NCBI RefSeq assembly: GCF_009914755.1
Contig: NC_060929.1
Source of the DNA: the human T2T-CHM13v2.0 reference genome, Homo sapiens
Direction: 5' to 3' (one strand)
Length of the DNA stretch: 64,000 bases
In this document: positions 16,201 through 29,988 of the stretch, piece by piece
Position numbering within the stretch: position 1 is the first letter of the stretch
How the letters are laid out: the number at the start of each line of letters is the position of its first letter
Translations under genes and position numbers: made by a program
Notes under the pieces: generated by a model
Seen by the model: only the letters and a program-made list of their open reading frames with translations
Told to the model about the DNA's origin: nothing
Databases searched by the model: none

Positions 16201-17623
16201 ATGTTACTGAGATAATGCAGTAATGAATACATAACCGTGCAATGTATGGCACAGTAACAATCAAATGAAAGAAGAAAAGTATTTTGGCAAGCTGTTGACA
16301 CTAGGTCTTTGGTCTGACTGAATTTCTCATTGCATTTGCTAGTTTGGGTACCATATAAACAACTCTTCAATCGATATTCTCTTTACTATTTTACATATAT
16401 TTTACTTATTTCTGCCTGATTTTTTGACTGCCCCCATTAGTTGTTTCATAATCTCCTCCCTGTGCCTGCCACCACTCTTGAAGGAGCTCCCTCAGACAGC
16501 AACTGGCAATGAGTGTGTAAATCTTATGATGATGTGTAGACAATATCCTGCTTTCTGTACAATGAAACCAAATTCACAGTTGATACAGATTTCATATGTC
16601 CATCTACTGACTGGTTATTAGTAATAAAATGATGCACTGCATTTACACACTCATTATATACTAGTGACATTTTATTCTTATAGAATTGGACATATTGCAC
16701 TTTTCTGTATATGATTTATGCAAACACAGCTATTAACCAATACACACCAATAGAAGACAAACAAAAGTAAAAAGGCAATAATACAATTAAACAAACCAAC
16801 TCTCAATTGTTTTAAAAATTAAAAGAATATGTCAAATAGAATGTCAAAGAAACATATCTTACTAATTTTATAAGACCTACATGATCTTGATTCCACTGTA
16901 ATTTGAAATACAAGTAGACACATTATGATAAATTGCAAAACAATTACCCTATACACTAGTTATATTTATCATGTGAGTTATTACAATAAATACTAAAACA
17001 AAAACCTGTATCACATAAGTAAAGTAAAAGTTATTTGAGAGCTTGCTTTCTTTAAACAGTGATTAGTACAGCAGAAGTTCAGGACATTTTTTTAAAAGGC
17101 AGAAAAAGAACATACCTGTTTGTTTCAATGGTACCATATCTGCAGTTTATATCTTTTTCTATGTTGAAGCTGCCACATACCATCAACAAGAAAATAAAGC
17201 AAGATATCAGGAAAGAAAAGTGCTAGAGTCCTAAAATATTACAGATTGAAATCCTTCTTATGTATGAAATATATTAAATGTTACAGTATATCCTATAATA
17301 TCATATATGTTAATGAAGGACTATAATGTTCTTCATTAATTATCACCTAATGGTAGATTCACAAAGAAGTGGCCCAAAACAGGAATGAAAACATCCCTAT
17401 GGCTTTGTTCTTCTGTCTAGTGATAAAAAGTGTTCCAGAGAAACAGCCCATCATCAATGGATAACCAGATATATAGCTATTTCAGAACACACCATAATGC
17501 TTTCTTAGAATGGGATTGGGATTTTTTCTATTACTTGCTAATAGAACCAGACTCTAAATGGAATTTTGCAAGAAGTTCCATATAAATAGTTCAATATATT
17601 ACTTTATTTCTCTTTAAAACTGA

Positions 17624-17765
17624 AAATTACCTGGACGTGGTGGTGCATGCCTATAATCCCAGCTACTCAGGAGGCTGAGGCACAAGGTAGGCAGAGGTTG
17701 CAGTGAGCCAAGATTGCACCACTGCACTCCAACCTGGGCGACAGAGCAAGACTGTCTCAAAAAAA
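17624..17765 (+). mobile_element. AluS right-arm fragment
   Basis: CCCAGCTACTCAGGAGGCTGAGGCA...GAGGTTGCAGTGAGCC...CTGTCTCAAAAAAA with an internal deletion. Confidence 0.9.
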
Positions 17766-17887
17766 TTTAAAAAGTATAAAGAAAAATAAAACTGAAACTT
17801 CCCAACAACGAAATGAAGGCACTAGAAGCTTTTCGGCAACAGGTAGTTGAAGAAAAAATTGTGTCATAAAAAAGCAGAGTAGGCTAC

Positions 17888-18424
17888 TGTGCGGGCCATG
17901 GCTGTTGACCCCTTGAAGGTTTGCTGAAAACTCAACTTGCAAAAGGCAGATTAATAGGATAAAAGGCATACATATTTATTTAATGTGTATACACAGGAGC
18001 CCTCAGAAAGAAGACGCAATCCAACAATAAGGCACAGAAACTTATATACCACCTGAGGTTATAGAAAGAATGCAGGCTTGGAGCATGGCCAAAAACAGGT
18101 GATTCTGGTAAGTCAGGGTTAGTGGCAAGACAGTTAAGACATGGAGAAAGAAGAGTCCTGGCTAGCAAAGGTGGCCTTATTATGTAGATGAAGCCACATA
18201 AATAATAGTCGTCAGAAAGAATAGATGGAAAATGTCTATTTTCAGATCCTTAAAGGTGTCAGACTCAGTTAACCTCTTTTAAATCCAGGAAATGCCTGGC
18301 TACATTAAAGAGGATTCTCTACAGAGGCAGATTTCCACCCCCTCAGTCAGCTGACCCTGGGGCAGCCATTTCAAAATATGTCAAAGAAAATATATTTTGG
18401 GTTAAAATATTTTTATTTCCTTCA
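17888..18424 (-). mobile_element. 3' LTR of an ERV1 provirus (MER39/LTR29/MER34-group-like)
   Basis: Minus strand begins TGAAGGAAATAAAAATATTTTAACCCAAAATATATTTTCTTTGACATATTTTGAAATGGCTGCC and ends CA; preceded by PPT-like AAAATGAGGAC. Confidence 0.85.
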
Positions 18425-21360
18425 GTCCTCATTTTGAAACTTAAAACAATTTCATATATTAAAAGCCAAATGGGCTTTTTGTCTATATCTTACAAGCTCG
18501 AAACCAAATTTCTCCAAAACGATAGCTTTGGAGAAATTTGGGTTGGAGCTTGTTAGACAGAGATAAACAAAAACTAGAATGATGAATTGGGATAAACAGA
18601 AAAGAGAATATTTAAACATATTGTCCCATATCTTCTCTAGTCACTCTTTCAGTCCTGAGAATAGATCAATTCAATTAAACAGCTGTGTCCCACTGCAGGA
18701 TGTAGCACTGCAGATGGGTGCGACATCTATCTATGATACAGAAAAACAGATCCTTAATAAGAGCCATTTCTGTAGAAACAAACGAAAAAGAAAAGTTAAT
18801 GTCTGGAGCAGTGAGTCTACACAATAGTTTTTCTAGAGTCTCTGAAGCATCTTCAGACTGCAGTGACAACCTGACAAATTTTTCTGGAGTGTAGTTTGTA
18901 TCAGGTATTCAAGTGAACTTTCTGAGAAGTCCATACATCAGGAGGCAGGCATGAAGATTGTTTATATAAAAGTTGATGTTATTTCTCGCAAAGTTTAAGT
19001 TGTCTAGCTTCAGCTTTCAGGACTTTAAGAAAAGCACAATTTTAATTTCTACTGATTCCAAGTAAGAAAATTGGAAGAAAAATTTTGGAAATGTTGGTTT
19101 GAAGACTCATAGGCAGGAAAGAATCCAGGATCTCATCTAAATTGTAGACTAATAATTTCAAAACTCAAAAATAATGGGCAAGGCTAGAATCCAATAACAG
19201 GTGTACTGCAGTTTCTTATGAAACATAATTTTTCTCTCCCCAGTCCTCCATTTTTACCAAAGGCAAATCATAGTAGAACCAAATTTTTGCAAAATAAATT
19301 TTAGTCTTATTATACTTGGCCTGATTATTTGCATTAAGTGCCCCAAGAGTAATTATTGGCGAAATAGGCTCTTTTAAATTCGCTTTGTTAGGACTTTTTC
19401 ATAAGGAATCTCAGGATAGACTTTTTAAAACCTTCTCCAGCCTATTCAAGCCAAGTTTTTGCCGTCAAACTGTCTGTAAATACCTGCAATTCCTCTTTTC
19501 TCGGGGTCCCAAAATAACTTGAGGTTCCTGGCCCTGTCCGAAAGTAGCAATCTTTACTCACCACAGGTCAGGAACTTTGTAAAGGAACTGCAAAGAAAAA
19601 GGACCAGGCCAGTCTTTCCAAGGGGCTTTTAACAGCTCTATAAAGCCAACCTCAATTCCTCAAAGCAATCTGGTTATATTTCAAAATATGCCATTTCAAT
19701 CAAAGCCTTGGTAAAATAACCAGTGTCTCCAATTGTGTCCTATTATAAAACAAAGCAGATTCTTACTGAACTGATGTAAATAACTATATTGCCATAAATC
19801 ATGAATACCCACAAGTAGTTTCCAAATTCTGGAGAAATCAAGTAGACAGAAAGAAATATGCTTCAAATTTTGCTCACAAGAGTATACTTTTCCCACATGT
19901 TAAAAGCTTTGTAACATCTAGCAGGTAGTATCTGATCAATAGACCCAAACAAAAATGTCTACATTAAATTCTGAAGACATTTCTGTTTTATCTAACCAAT
20001 AATTTTAAAATTATCTTTATCTACCAATAAAGATATTAAAGTCATGTGACCTTGAAACATATTTGCACTTATTTAATATATGAGTACTCATTTATTTTTA
20101 AGTTAATTTGGTACCACGTATAGATAATACATAAACATATGTATAGGCATATACTTACATGTAGACACAACATACAACATACACATGTATGCACAAAGAC
20201 TTTACAGTTTTGATTTTAGAATTTTAGCCATATGACAAGGAAAACTCACCAATTTAAAAGGACAGTTGGATTTAAACTATGCCTTTGTAAATAGAAAAGT
20301 TTAAAGTTTATCTGGAAGAAAATTTGACTGAATTTTAGAGAAAGTGGGTAGCAAATTTGCATCTCAAAGCACAAAGAAGACATAGAATTTAAGATTTTCC
20401 AAGAAGGTTGACTGTGTTAAAGGAAGATTAAAAATGGATGTCACGGTAACACAAAATCATAGGACTCTACCATGGGATTTTATGAGGAGATCAATTTTAT
20501 TTAGATAGGTTGTTTTTAATTTAGTTTTTATTTTTTAACTGGACCACTGACCTCAGGGCAGAACCATACTGAATCCCATGACACCAGAGAGGAATGCCAT
20601 GAGGACTGAGTCACGAAACACTTTCACAGTGCACCTCACTGCAAGGACATTCCTCCAGGGCTGGTGGGCAGCCCAATGTCAATCAGCCCACTCTGTGATA
20701 AGCTCATCCCCCAAGGGAGTCTTATCTCTCAGTAGGGAGTGTTTCCATACCCTTTAGGTGCCTAGTACCATGCTTATCCAAAATATGCAAAGAAACAGTG
20801 GCCTCCTATAGTAATAACTATTGATTATAAGCAATGCCATCAGAGACCTCTAAAACTGTATCTCTTACTTAGCCATTACACAGAGAAACCAAGTTTTCTC
20901 ACAAAGCAAAGTAATTTCTCGTACCCCCAAAAGCCAAAGAAATCAGGTAATAAAATAGAAAGCAGAGCTTTAGACCTGAGAAGAGTCTGCCTACAAATCT
21001 TGAACCTCCACAAGGAAGACAGAAGATCCCCCAAAAGGCATGAGTGGCACCTTTTTTCTGCATTCCTTAAGGGGTGAATGACACCTTTTTTCTGAGTTCC
21101 TTAAGGGGCCTGAGTCGTCAAAAGTCCTCTAATGGGACAAGGAGAAAGAAAAAGTAGATGGAGTAAAAGTAAATAGGAGAATGATTTTTAAGAAAGGAAG
21201 CAAATGGCAGTACCAAGCACAAAGGTTTTGGGGGGGGAAAAAAGATTTTAATCCACTGAAATATTTTTCCAAAACCAGCATTGAAAGAGAAAAAGCAAAA
21301 GGGCCTTTTAAATATATACATATATATATATATAGCTTGGGTATTAGCTTTTAATTAAGC
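18425..21360 (-). mobile_element. ERV1 internal region (MER4-group, non-coding, deleted)
   Basis: Lies between two related LTRs; recalled MER4-int-like motifs (CTTATTATACTTGGCCTGATTATTTGCAT, GCTTTTAATTAAGC); no gag/pol/env ORF. Confidence 0.75.
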
Positions 21361-21804
21361 ACTCCTCAGAGAGAATAGATGGTAAATGATGTTTTTGCAG
21401 ACTTTTAAAGGTATCAGATTCAGTTCATCTCTCCCAGGTCCAGGAAATGCCTAGAAAGAAAAGGCCTGGCTACATTAATGAGGATTTTCTACAGAGGGAA
21501 ATTTCTCCCACCTCAGTCTGCCTGGCCCTGTGGTAGCCATTTCAAAAATATGACAATGAAGTCCGGGCATAGTGACACACACTTGTAGTCCCAGCTACTC
21601 AGGAGGCTGAGGTGGGAGGATTGCTTGAGCCCAGGAGGTCAAGGCTGCAGTGAGTCATGATCACACCACTGCACTTCAGCCTGGGCAACAGAATGAGACT
21701 CTGTCTCTAAATAAAAAATAAATAAATAAATAAAAATGTAAATAAATATAAATATATAGGTCAAAGAAAAGATATCCTGGGGTAAAATATTTTGATTTCC
21801 TTTA
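21361..21804 (-). mobile_element. Truncated 5' LTR of the same ERV1 provirus
   Basis: Aligns by eye to 18210-18424; followed by CTAC, matching CTAC at 17884-17887. Confidence 0.85.
21561..21750 (+). mobile_element. FRAM or AluJ right monomer inserted in the LTR
   Basis: Single Alu right arm with an (AATA)n tail; degenerate TSD resembling AATATGTCAAAGAA. Confidence 0.88.
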
Positions 21805-21964
21805 CTACATAATGCCCCACTTCAAATTCCAAACATTGTTCCTCCTTACTCAAAATTTCTGTGACTGTAGTTTTCACTAAGTACAAACAGTTACTATTTG
21901 AGGACAATGTAATTAATTTATTTTTATTTGAAAACATGGCTATATACCAGGGAATATTTGAAAT

Positions 21965-22162
21965 ACTCTATAGATATGAATTTCTTTAAACCTCATAGTA
22001 ACACAATGTGATAGGTACTAGAAATATGCCATTTAAAAGGTGAGTAAACTGAGACACAGAGTGCTAAGGGTCTTGCCCTAGGACAAACAGGTAATAAGTG
22101 GCATACCCAGTGTTCATACCTTGGCAGTCTGAATCCAGATTCTGTGTCCCTAAACACTTTAC
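21965..22162 (-). mobile_element. MIR SINE
   Basis: CCATTTAAAAGGTGAGTAAACTGAGACACAGA core. Confidence 0.7.
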
Positions 22163-22655
22163 CATTTCATCATGGAAATGTGGATGCCTCCATTGTGACA
22201 GAGTAGCCCACATTCACTCAAATCCTACACTCTTCAACCTACCTTCATGGTTTTCACCAGAATTTTACTAAGGGTCGCAGTTAGCTAAACAAATTAGTGA
22301 AAAAGAGTAATAAATATTTTTTTTTCTTATGTTACCTTTTATCATGCAATCTTTTGTTCTGCAACTTTATTGACTGCCAAAAAAAAAAGAGTAGAGGAAG
22401 ATGAATTTCTACCCCAAAACTGCTACATCCTTGACCCTTAATATGACACTCCAATACCCACAAGAAAATATTTTTCTCGCTAGACAACAACTCTGTAATC
22501 ATGTCTGATTACATGATACATATACTTCACTCTGAGGCATACATTTCCGACATGTGCCTCAGAGTGAAGTATCTCGAGATGAGATTTTGTATATTGCATA
22601 GCAGAATGCATTTGATACAAAGATTTAGAAGAGCTTAGGGTGTGCTTCAGTCTGA

Positions 22656-23070
<415 letters not shown>

Positions 23071-23209
23071 AAATTTTCTATTCTTGGGGAGGCTAAAAAT
23101 ATTTCCTGTTTCTGCTATGAGAAATAATCTTCTTGTGTTTTTCTGTTCTCCATGACACATATTAGCTGCAGTAAACCACAGATCATGGAGAGGCAGCTCT
23201 TTTGCTTTC

Positions 23210-23395
23210 AGTGGAAAGAGCACAGTATTTGGAGTCAGAGATTATGGAACTGAACCTTAATTTTGCCACATTCTGGCTATGAGGTCTTGAGCCAATCACT
23301 CACCATCTCCGACCTGCAGAATCCTCATCTACAAGAAGAACATGATATTAGTACGTTCCTCACAGGACTGTTGGCTAGCTAAATAAATTTTGCAT
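23210..23395 (+). mobile_element. MIR SINE
   Basis: CAGTGGAAAGAGCACAG...TTGGAGTCAGA...CCTCATCTACAA...CCTCACAGGACTGTTG. Confidence 0.7.
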
Positions 23396-25739
23396 GGGAC
23401 AGGGTAATTTAAAGCTAATTGTTGGAATCTAATATTAGTTTTGGTAGTAACTAGAAGAAAAGTGACGAATAGCCAAAAATTGTAAGTATCTGAAATTTAG
23501 TACCTAATTGCTGAACATAGGAAGCAATAATGATTTATTTACAAATAAGCTCTATATTTATTATATATAACCAGTTATTTTTTCTTTAAAGAAATTTAAA
23601 CAAAGACCTTTGGATATTCCAAAAGATTTAGATGACTGGTTCCTAGAATGCTATTTTAAAAAGGCTTTTCTAACATTATTTTGAGACTCTTGTATCCAAC
23701 AAATCTTGTAGTAGAAATGTCATAATTACCAACCCAATTTCTTTAGCTAAGAGATTTAAGGGAGCAACTAAATACTTTCTGAAAATCCATACTGTGTTTG
23801 GTCTATTTGGAATCACATTCATAAGACCAACTTGTGCTCTTCCACAATGCAAGACAAGAATTTAGCTTTTATTAACTTTCCATAAATCTGAGGGAAGAGA
23901 AATTATCAGATCTTTAAGCAATTTAGACATGTTACTCATGTGAGCAGGTCAAGAAAGTCTGTTCGAATGAACTTAGCTGAAAACAGACTCCTACAGCATG
24001 AAAATCCTTTGATGTGCCTCTTGAAAAAAGTTCACTCGTAGCACTTCCACATGAAAAAGCTCAGTGTCAAAAGTGTTTCTCAAGACAAGGGGCACATGCA
24101 AAATGAAGAAACAAGCAAAGTTCTTTCTGATAATTCCCTAGCTCCACTTCCCGGGGATTCTGTGTGCTTTATAGGAAAGCTTTTCTCACCCCTGACGAGC
24201 AAGAGTACTCTTAGCCATCTTGTTTCCCACCTAGCCAGTGAGAATTTATTTCTGATAAATCGATTTCTAAAAGGAAATAGTGACTCAATATGTTACCTTC
24301 TCATGACTTAATATGTTACCTTCCTTAGGTAAATAATGCAAACATTGCATCTCCCAAAATAAGATACTTTGGTCAGAGAAACATTGGTGTCTGCAAGATA
24401 ATATCGACCAAACACACATGTAGTTGCCCTCCTTAAGACCTGATCTGGTTTTCAGATCTTGAGATCCTTTTGAGGAGAACCTAATCCCAATGTACATGGT
24501 GTTCTAGAAACATCCAGGTAGAAAACAGAGCACACGACACTGTTCTTTTTACCAAATTAAAGTCCCTAGCAACATGGTTAGCTCAAAAGCAGGCAAAATC
24601 AGAGTTGTATTTAAATAGCGCTTCTTTTCCCAAAATAAATGATTGCCAGAGGGAAATTTTCAGTTCTTTATCAAAATACACATTTGTGGCTCCAGATAAT
24701 AGAGAAGCTACTTTTTTCTTTTATTTAAAGATAGCTCGGTTTCATATTGCAACCAGAAAAGATTGAGTAGTAACGCATAACTAAATTTTAATTGGTGTAT
24801 TTGTAGGCAATCCCTACCTGAAAGCCATATGTAAAAATACATTACTTTAAGCATTGAATGGGATACTAGAAAAATTGACATATTTTAGGTAAAAAACTGT
24901 TGATTTTTTTTCATACTCTGTATTACAATTATTTGTTTGGGAATTGAATTTCTTCCCAAATGTCATTGAAACATTCTATTAAGAGGTCTTATTGTAAGAA
25001 AAGCCTCCTCTCCTAGGGAAAAAAAAAAATCTGAAATGAACCCATTATACCATACGAGAATCTAAAATCTTTCACTTTCTATTGAATTTTACCCAGTAGT
25101 TATTTTGACTTCATTCCTTTTGTCTCCATTGCTTTATTTTGTTGTTGTTTGAAACCGTTTAATTTGACATGATCATTAATATACGATTGGGTAAATGTAG
25201 CTAAGAAATGTATAGCTTTGTATTTCTTATGTTCGGAAACATACATTTTTTAAAAATAAAGAAAAGTCTAATATTGTCTGCAAATCCTTTTCAAGGGGGT
25301 GAATTTCTGAGGAAGAATGCACGGTAACGTGTAGACGGTTATCACACAAAGAGGAACATCAATTGCAAATGCCATGTTAAACAAATGAAATACAGTAAAT
25401 TAAATGAAACTACTTTCTGTAACACTTTATGCCTCTATCTGTTAATTTTCAAGAAGGCACCATAGTGAGGCTTATTTCAGTACAAAGTCATATCATGCAG
25501 ATGTACTACATTTATTTATTTTTCTTTATGAAAAAAATATATAAAACTTTGTAGCCTGCCCCAGTTTTGTATTAGGAATAGCACAAAAAGCTTTCCTATG
25601 CCTAACTTCCTCAATCCTCTCTAGATCTCTCTTTGACATTTTCTCTGACTTATACCACGCAGTGTTTCAAACCTGTCCCTGAACCAACCCTACAGACAAA
25701 GGTCGGGGGATGCAGTGTCTATTCTTTCGCCCCTCCTGG

Positions 25740-27690
25740 TACTATTGACCCATCTCCTCCAACATCCTCTAAGATATTATTCTCACAATTATGCCCTTTC
25801 TTCTATATCTGCACCATCTTCAATGGCTCTTTCCCCTCAGCCTTTATCTATAAACAAAATGATAAATAGCTTTTCTATTTTAAGAAAATAAAAAATGAAA
25901 CTTCTTTAATTTATTTCTCCTCAGGTTACTGACCTCTGCAACTCCTTCCCTCCTCAACTGACTTCATTCGAGTGTCTCCTCCCTTAAGGCGGCCACTCAC
26001 TCCCTCCACTCCCTCCCCGTCCATTGTCCTCACTCCTCATCCTCTGCTCTCAGTCTTCCACCAATACCACCCAGCTCACAGTGCACAGAACAAGCTTCTA
26101 AAAGCCAAATTCAAGGCTCCTTTCATCCTTAAATAACTTGACCTCTCACAGCCCGAGGCATTGCCTACCAAGTTATCCCTTTCTTTTCAAAACTCTCTTT
26201 TCCATTTCCTCTAAGTTCTCCTATATTTCTGACTCCTTTTTGTAAGTCTCCTGCCAGACCCCCTCCATGCCCACCTCCACAAAGGCTGTTGGGGATCTGT
26301 CCTTGGTCCTCTTTTTATTTCCAGAGATTCTCTTCCTAACTCTGCTCATTCCATTTCTGTCACATTCTCTGATCCTTCCTCTACCCAACTCAGAAAATCT
26401 GTTGCTTCTCAAGACTCCTCCCATGGAACTCTTTGTTTCTGTATCTATAAAATGTCATTAGTACTAGCAATTACAATCTAACCATATGCTGTTAGATGAT
26501 TAATGAGATGGTCCATGTAAAGTATTTGGCATGGTGCACAGCACAGCATCAGTAATTATTGGTGACTGTTTTTCTAGTTCCTTTATATATACTTCCCTCT
26601 AGGTAAGCCCATCTACAATGAACCAATATTCCAGGAGCTCCCAAATCTCTCAAGTAAGATTCTGCAGCCCCTCTGTTCACTGCAGAGCTCGAAGCTGTGC
26701 TCTCTTCATCTATTCAGCAAACACTTATTTAAAATATTCTGCATGTGAAGCACTCTTTTAAGAATAGACTAAAAAATTGGACAAGACTTTTAAAAAGAAG
26801 AAAAAAGTTTTTGAAATCAAGTTGCTCAAAGTCTATTGGGGAATCTGGACAAGTAAACAAACTTATTAAATAATGTAGTAAATCTGAGAGGATGTTGGTG
26901 CAAAATCAAGGTATAGCATTTTTTATCTAAGCAAAAAACCTGGAAATCAACCTTCTACTGTTCCCTATCTGGGTATAAAAATAGGGTCAGTGAATGGGAC
27001 AGAAAAGAAGTCAAGTCCTGAGATACTGCCTTTTTTTTTTTTTTTTTTTTCGAGACAGAGTCTTGCTCTCACTCTGTTGCCAGCCCAGAGTGCATTGGCG
27101 CAATCTCCGCTCACTGAAACCTCTGACTCCCGGGTTCAAGCAATTCTCCTGCCTCACCCTCTGGAGTAGCTGGGATTACAGGCACATGCCACCATGCCCA
27201 GTTAATTTTTGTATTTTTAGTAGAGACAGAGTTTCACCATGTTTGCCAGGATGGTCTCAATCTCCTGACCTCAAGATCCACCCACCTCGGCCTCCCAAAG
27301 TGTGGGGATTACAGGAATGAGCCACTGCGCCCGGCTGAGATACTGCTTTTTAAATAATTCCTGAAATCCATCCACTTCTCTCTGTTGCCACGTTCACTGC
27401 TTTCTATCAGTAACCGCTCTTCTGTACAATTTGCCCTTTTTGTCATCTTCCTAACATACAAACCTAATCCATTTTGTCCCTTACTTGAAGACTATCAGTG
27501 GATTCCTACCATCTACAGAAAAAAAAAATTTAAATCTGCAGAAGGCAGAGAAGGATGACTTTTGTGTTTCCAGTTTCATCTGACCCACACATGTTCTATA
27601 CTCTAGACAAAAGGAATTGCCTACCTGGAAACACCAACAATGGATCTTTTCTCAGTGCCTTTGCATATGCTTTTTCTCCTGCCTGCTGAA
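25740..27690 (+). mobile_element. Fragmented L2 LINE, interrupted by other repeats
   Basis: Pyrimidine-rich L2-like blocks (AAACCTGGAAATCAACCTT, AATCCATCCACTTCTCTC, GCCTTTGCATATGCT). Confidence 0.5.
27031..27336 (-). mobile_element. AluS
   Basis: Poly(T), full dimer, TSD GAGATACTGC. Confidence 0.95.
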
Positions 27691-28029
27691 TTTCTCTCCT
27701 CTCAAGGTGGTCTGGCCCTAATGCCAGCCAAATAATTATGGAGAGGCATTACGTGTTTAGAGGATCACAGGAAAACTGAGAATAGCAAGCCATGACAAAG
27801 TCCACAGAGGCAACATCAAGTGCAAAACCAAAGTCAGGATCAAAGTGATGAGGATGTCGTATCCTGGAAATAATAAGGTTAAGTGGTGGAGATGGGAGAG
27901 GAGTAACTGGCAAGAACACACATGGTTGCTCAAAGCCTTTTTTAAGTTAGCAAGTTATCTGGCTTGTGGATGGATCCAGTGGTCTTATAAAAATAGTAGC
28001 AAAGAATTCAGTGATATGCACTTAACTTC

Positions 28030-28342
28030 TTTTTTTTTTTTTTTTTTTTTTTTTGAGATGGAGTCTTACTCTGTCACCCAAGCTGGAGTGCAGTGACGCC
28101 ATCTCGGCTTACTGCAACCTCTGCCTCCCGGGTTCAAGCAATTCTCTGCCTCAGCCTCCTGAGTAGCTGGGATTACAGGCACCCACCAAGACACCTGGCT
28201 AATTTTTTTTTTTTTTGTATTTTTAGTAGAGACGGGGTATCACCATCTTGGCCAGGCTGGTCTTGAACTCCTGACCTTGTGATCTGCCCGCCTCAGCATC
28301 CCAAAGTGCTGGGATTACGGACATGAGCCACCATGCCCAGCT
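28030..28342 (-). mobile_element. AluS
   Basis: Poly(T), full dimer, TSD CACTTAACTTCT. Confidence 0.95.
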
Positions 28343-29891
28343 CACTTAACTTCTGTCTTGGGAAATATTGCTAATCTTTTGTACATCTTCGTACAGTCTG
28401 ATATTTTTTGTGTGTAAAAGCTTCCCTAAATTCTCCTTCTCCTAGGCAGAGAAACACTTCATTCTCTTTAGACTCATAAGATCTTTTAGTTCTTATCAAA
28501 CTTATGACTGTTCATTAGTTTCATGTTTGTCTTCTCAATTTGACTGTAAATCTCAAATAACTGAAAACTCATTTTGCTCATATAGGCATTTCACAAATCT
28601 TTGTTGAAGGAATAAGAGAATAGGTAAATAAACAAATGCCATCTATTCTTCCTCCCTGTGAAAAGGTTAATAGTGAGCAGATTGCTGAGACAGGTCTTTT
28701 CCCATGAACATCCGCAGTTGGAAGAATTAAGATATAAGTGCGTGCATAGCATGAGCCCAAATGTCTGACAAAAGCCTTCCTCCAGGGTTTACAATATCAA
28801 CACTGATATCATAAATGATATCAATGATGAAAATGCTGTTTTCATCATTATGAATAAAAATAATAAAATACAGGTTCAAGTTGAAGGTAAAATGTCCAAA
28901 GTTAACTAACTCTTGTGTGAGTTTTTCTTGTTGTTGTTGTATGTGGTTTCTTTTCCCTTTCTCACACATTTGTGAACCTCCAAAGAATAGTTTCTGGTTG
29001 CAAAACTGCAATCACTTCTCAGCCTTTCACACATGCTTTGGGTATTCATTCACTGATCTTGATGATATTGTGTGAAACAACTGTGCTAAATTAGACTCAA
29101 CTCTTCTGCAGAACTTCAGCAGGGAATTGTAACTCATCTGCATAATATGATGTTGGGACTGAATTGGGCCATCCTGTGGTGACTTTTTTAAAAAATTTTA
29201 AGCAACAGGAACAAACTGTTAGGGAAATGTCCTCTCAATTCCCTCAACTATGCATTTAGCAGATTTCCACCATCAGGCTTTATGTTCATTAACATTCATA
29301 CCATTGTCTGTAACCTCATTTGTTTCAGTGTTTGCTTTGGATTTGCCTCACTGAAATATTTGCCTTTATTCTTTTTCTTACCGCTTCTTCTGAACTTTGA
29401 CGGTTCTTTTTGGTTTTAGCAGAATCTTCTAGGAAGACAATTACTAGAAACTTATTTATAAACACAATTTATAGATTTTTTTCTAAAAAGAAATACATAT
29501 ATGAGGTCACTTTATAGTGATAGGAACAATTTTCTGAAAGATATATCTATTGAATATAGTGCCTCCCCCCACCCAATCTCCCAGTCTCATTTCAAAAGTG
29601 GAGGAACAGTTGTCAATACCTGCATTTCCTGTTGTGAATTATTTGTTTCCTAATGAAAAGTCTTCTCTTCCTGGGCCTAACTATAATCTGAGTGATTAGT
29701 CAGGACATCAGCTTTAGGCATTTTTTTATTTTGCTGTTAAAGATGATAGGTTTTCACAAAAATACCCACCCTCTTTCATTTGGTTCCCCTTGTGACTAAA
29801 TTGCACACACTTCTAAAAGCTCATGTATATTGGTTTTGGGAATGCAGAGCAAAAATGTGGCTGTCTTTGCTTGAGCAAATTTGTTCAGCCC

Positions 29892-29967
<76 letters not shown>

Positions 29968-29988
29968 ATGTATATAATGATATATGTA

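Noticed and set aside
17310-17339. 12-bp AT-rich hairpin
   Set aside because: Short, AT-rich and imperfect; plausible by chance.
28369-28392. U6 snRNA-like TGCTAATCTT
   Set aside because: Only ~10 bp match; flanks do not follow U6.
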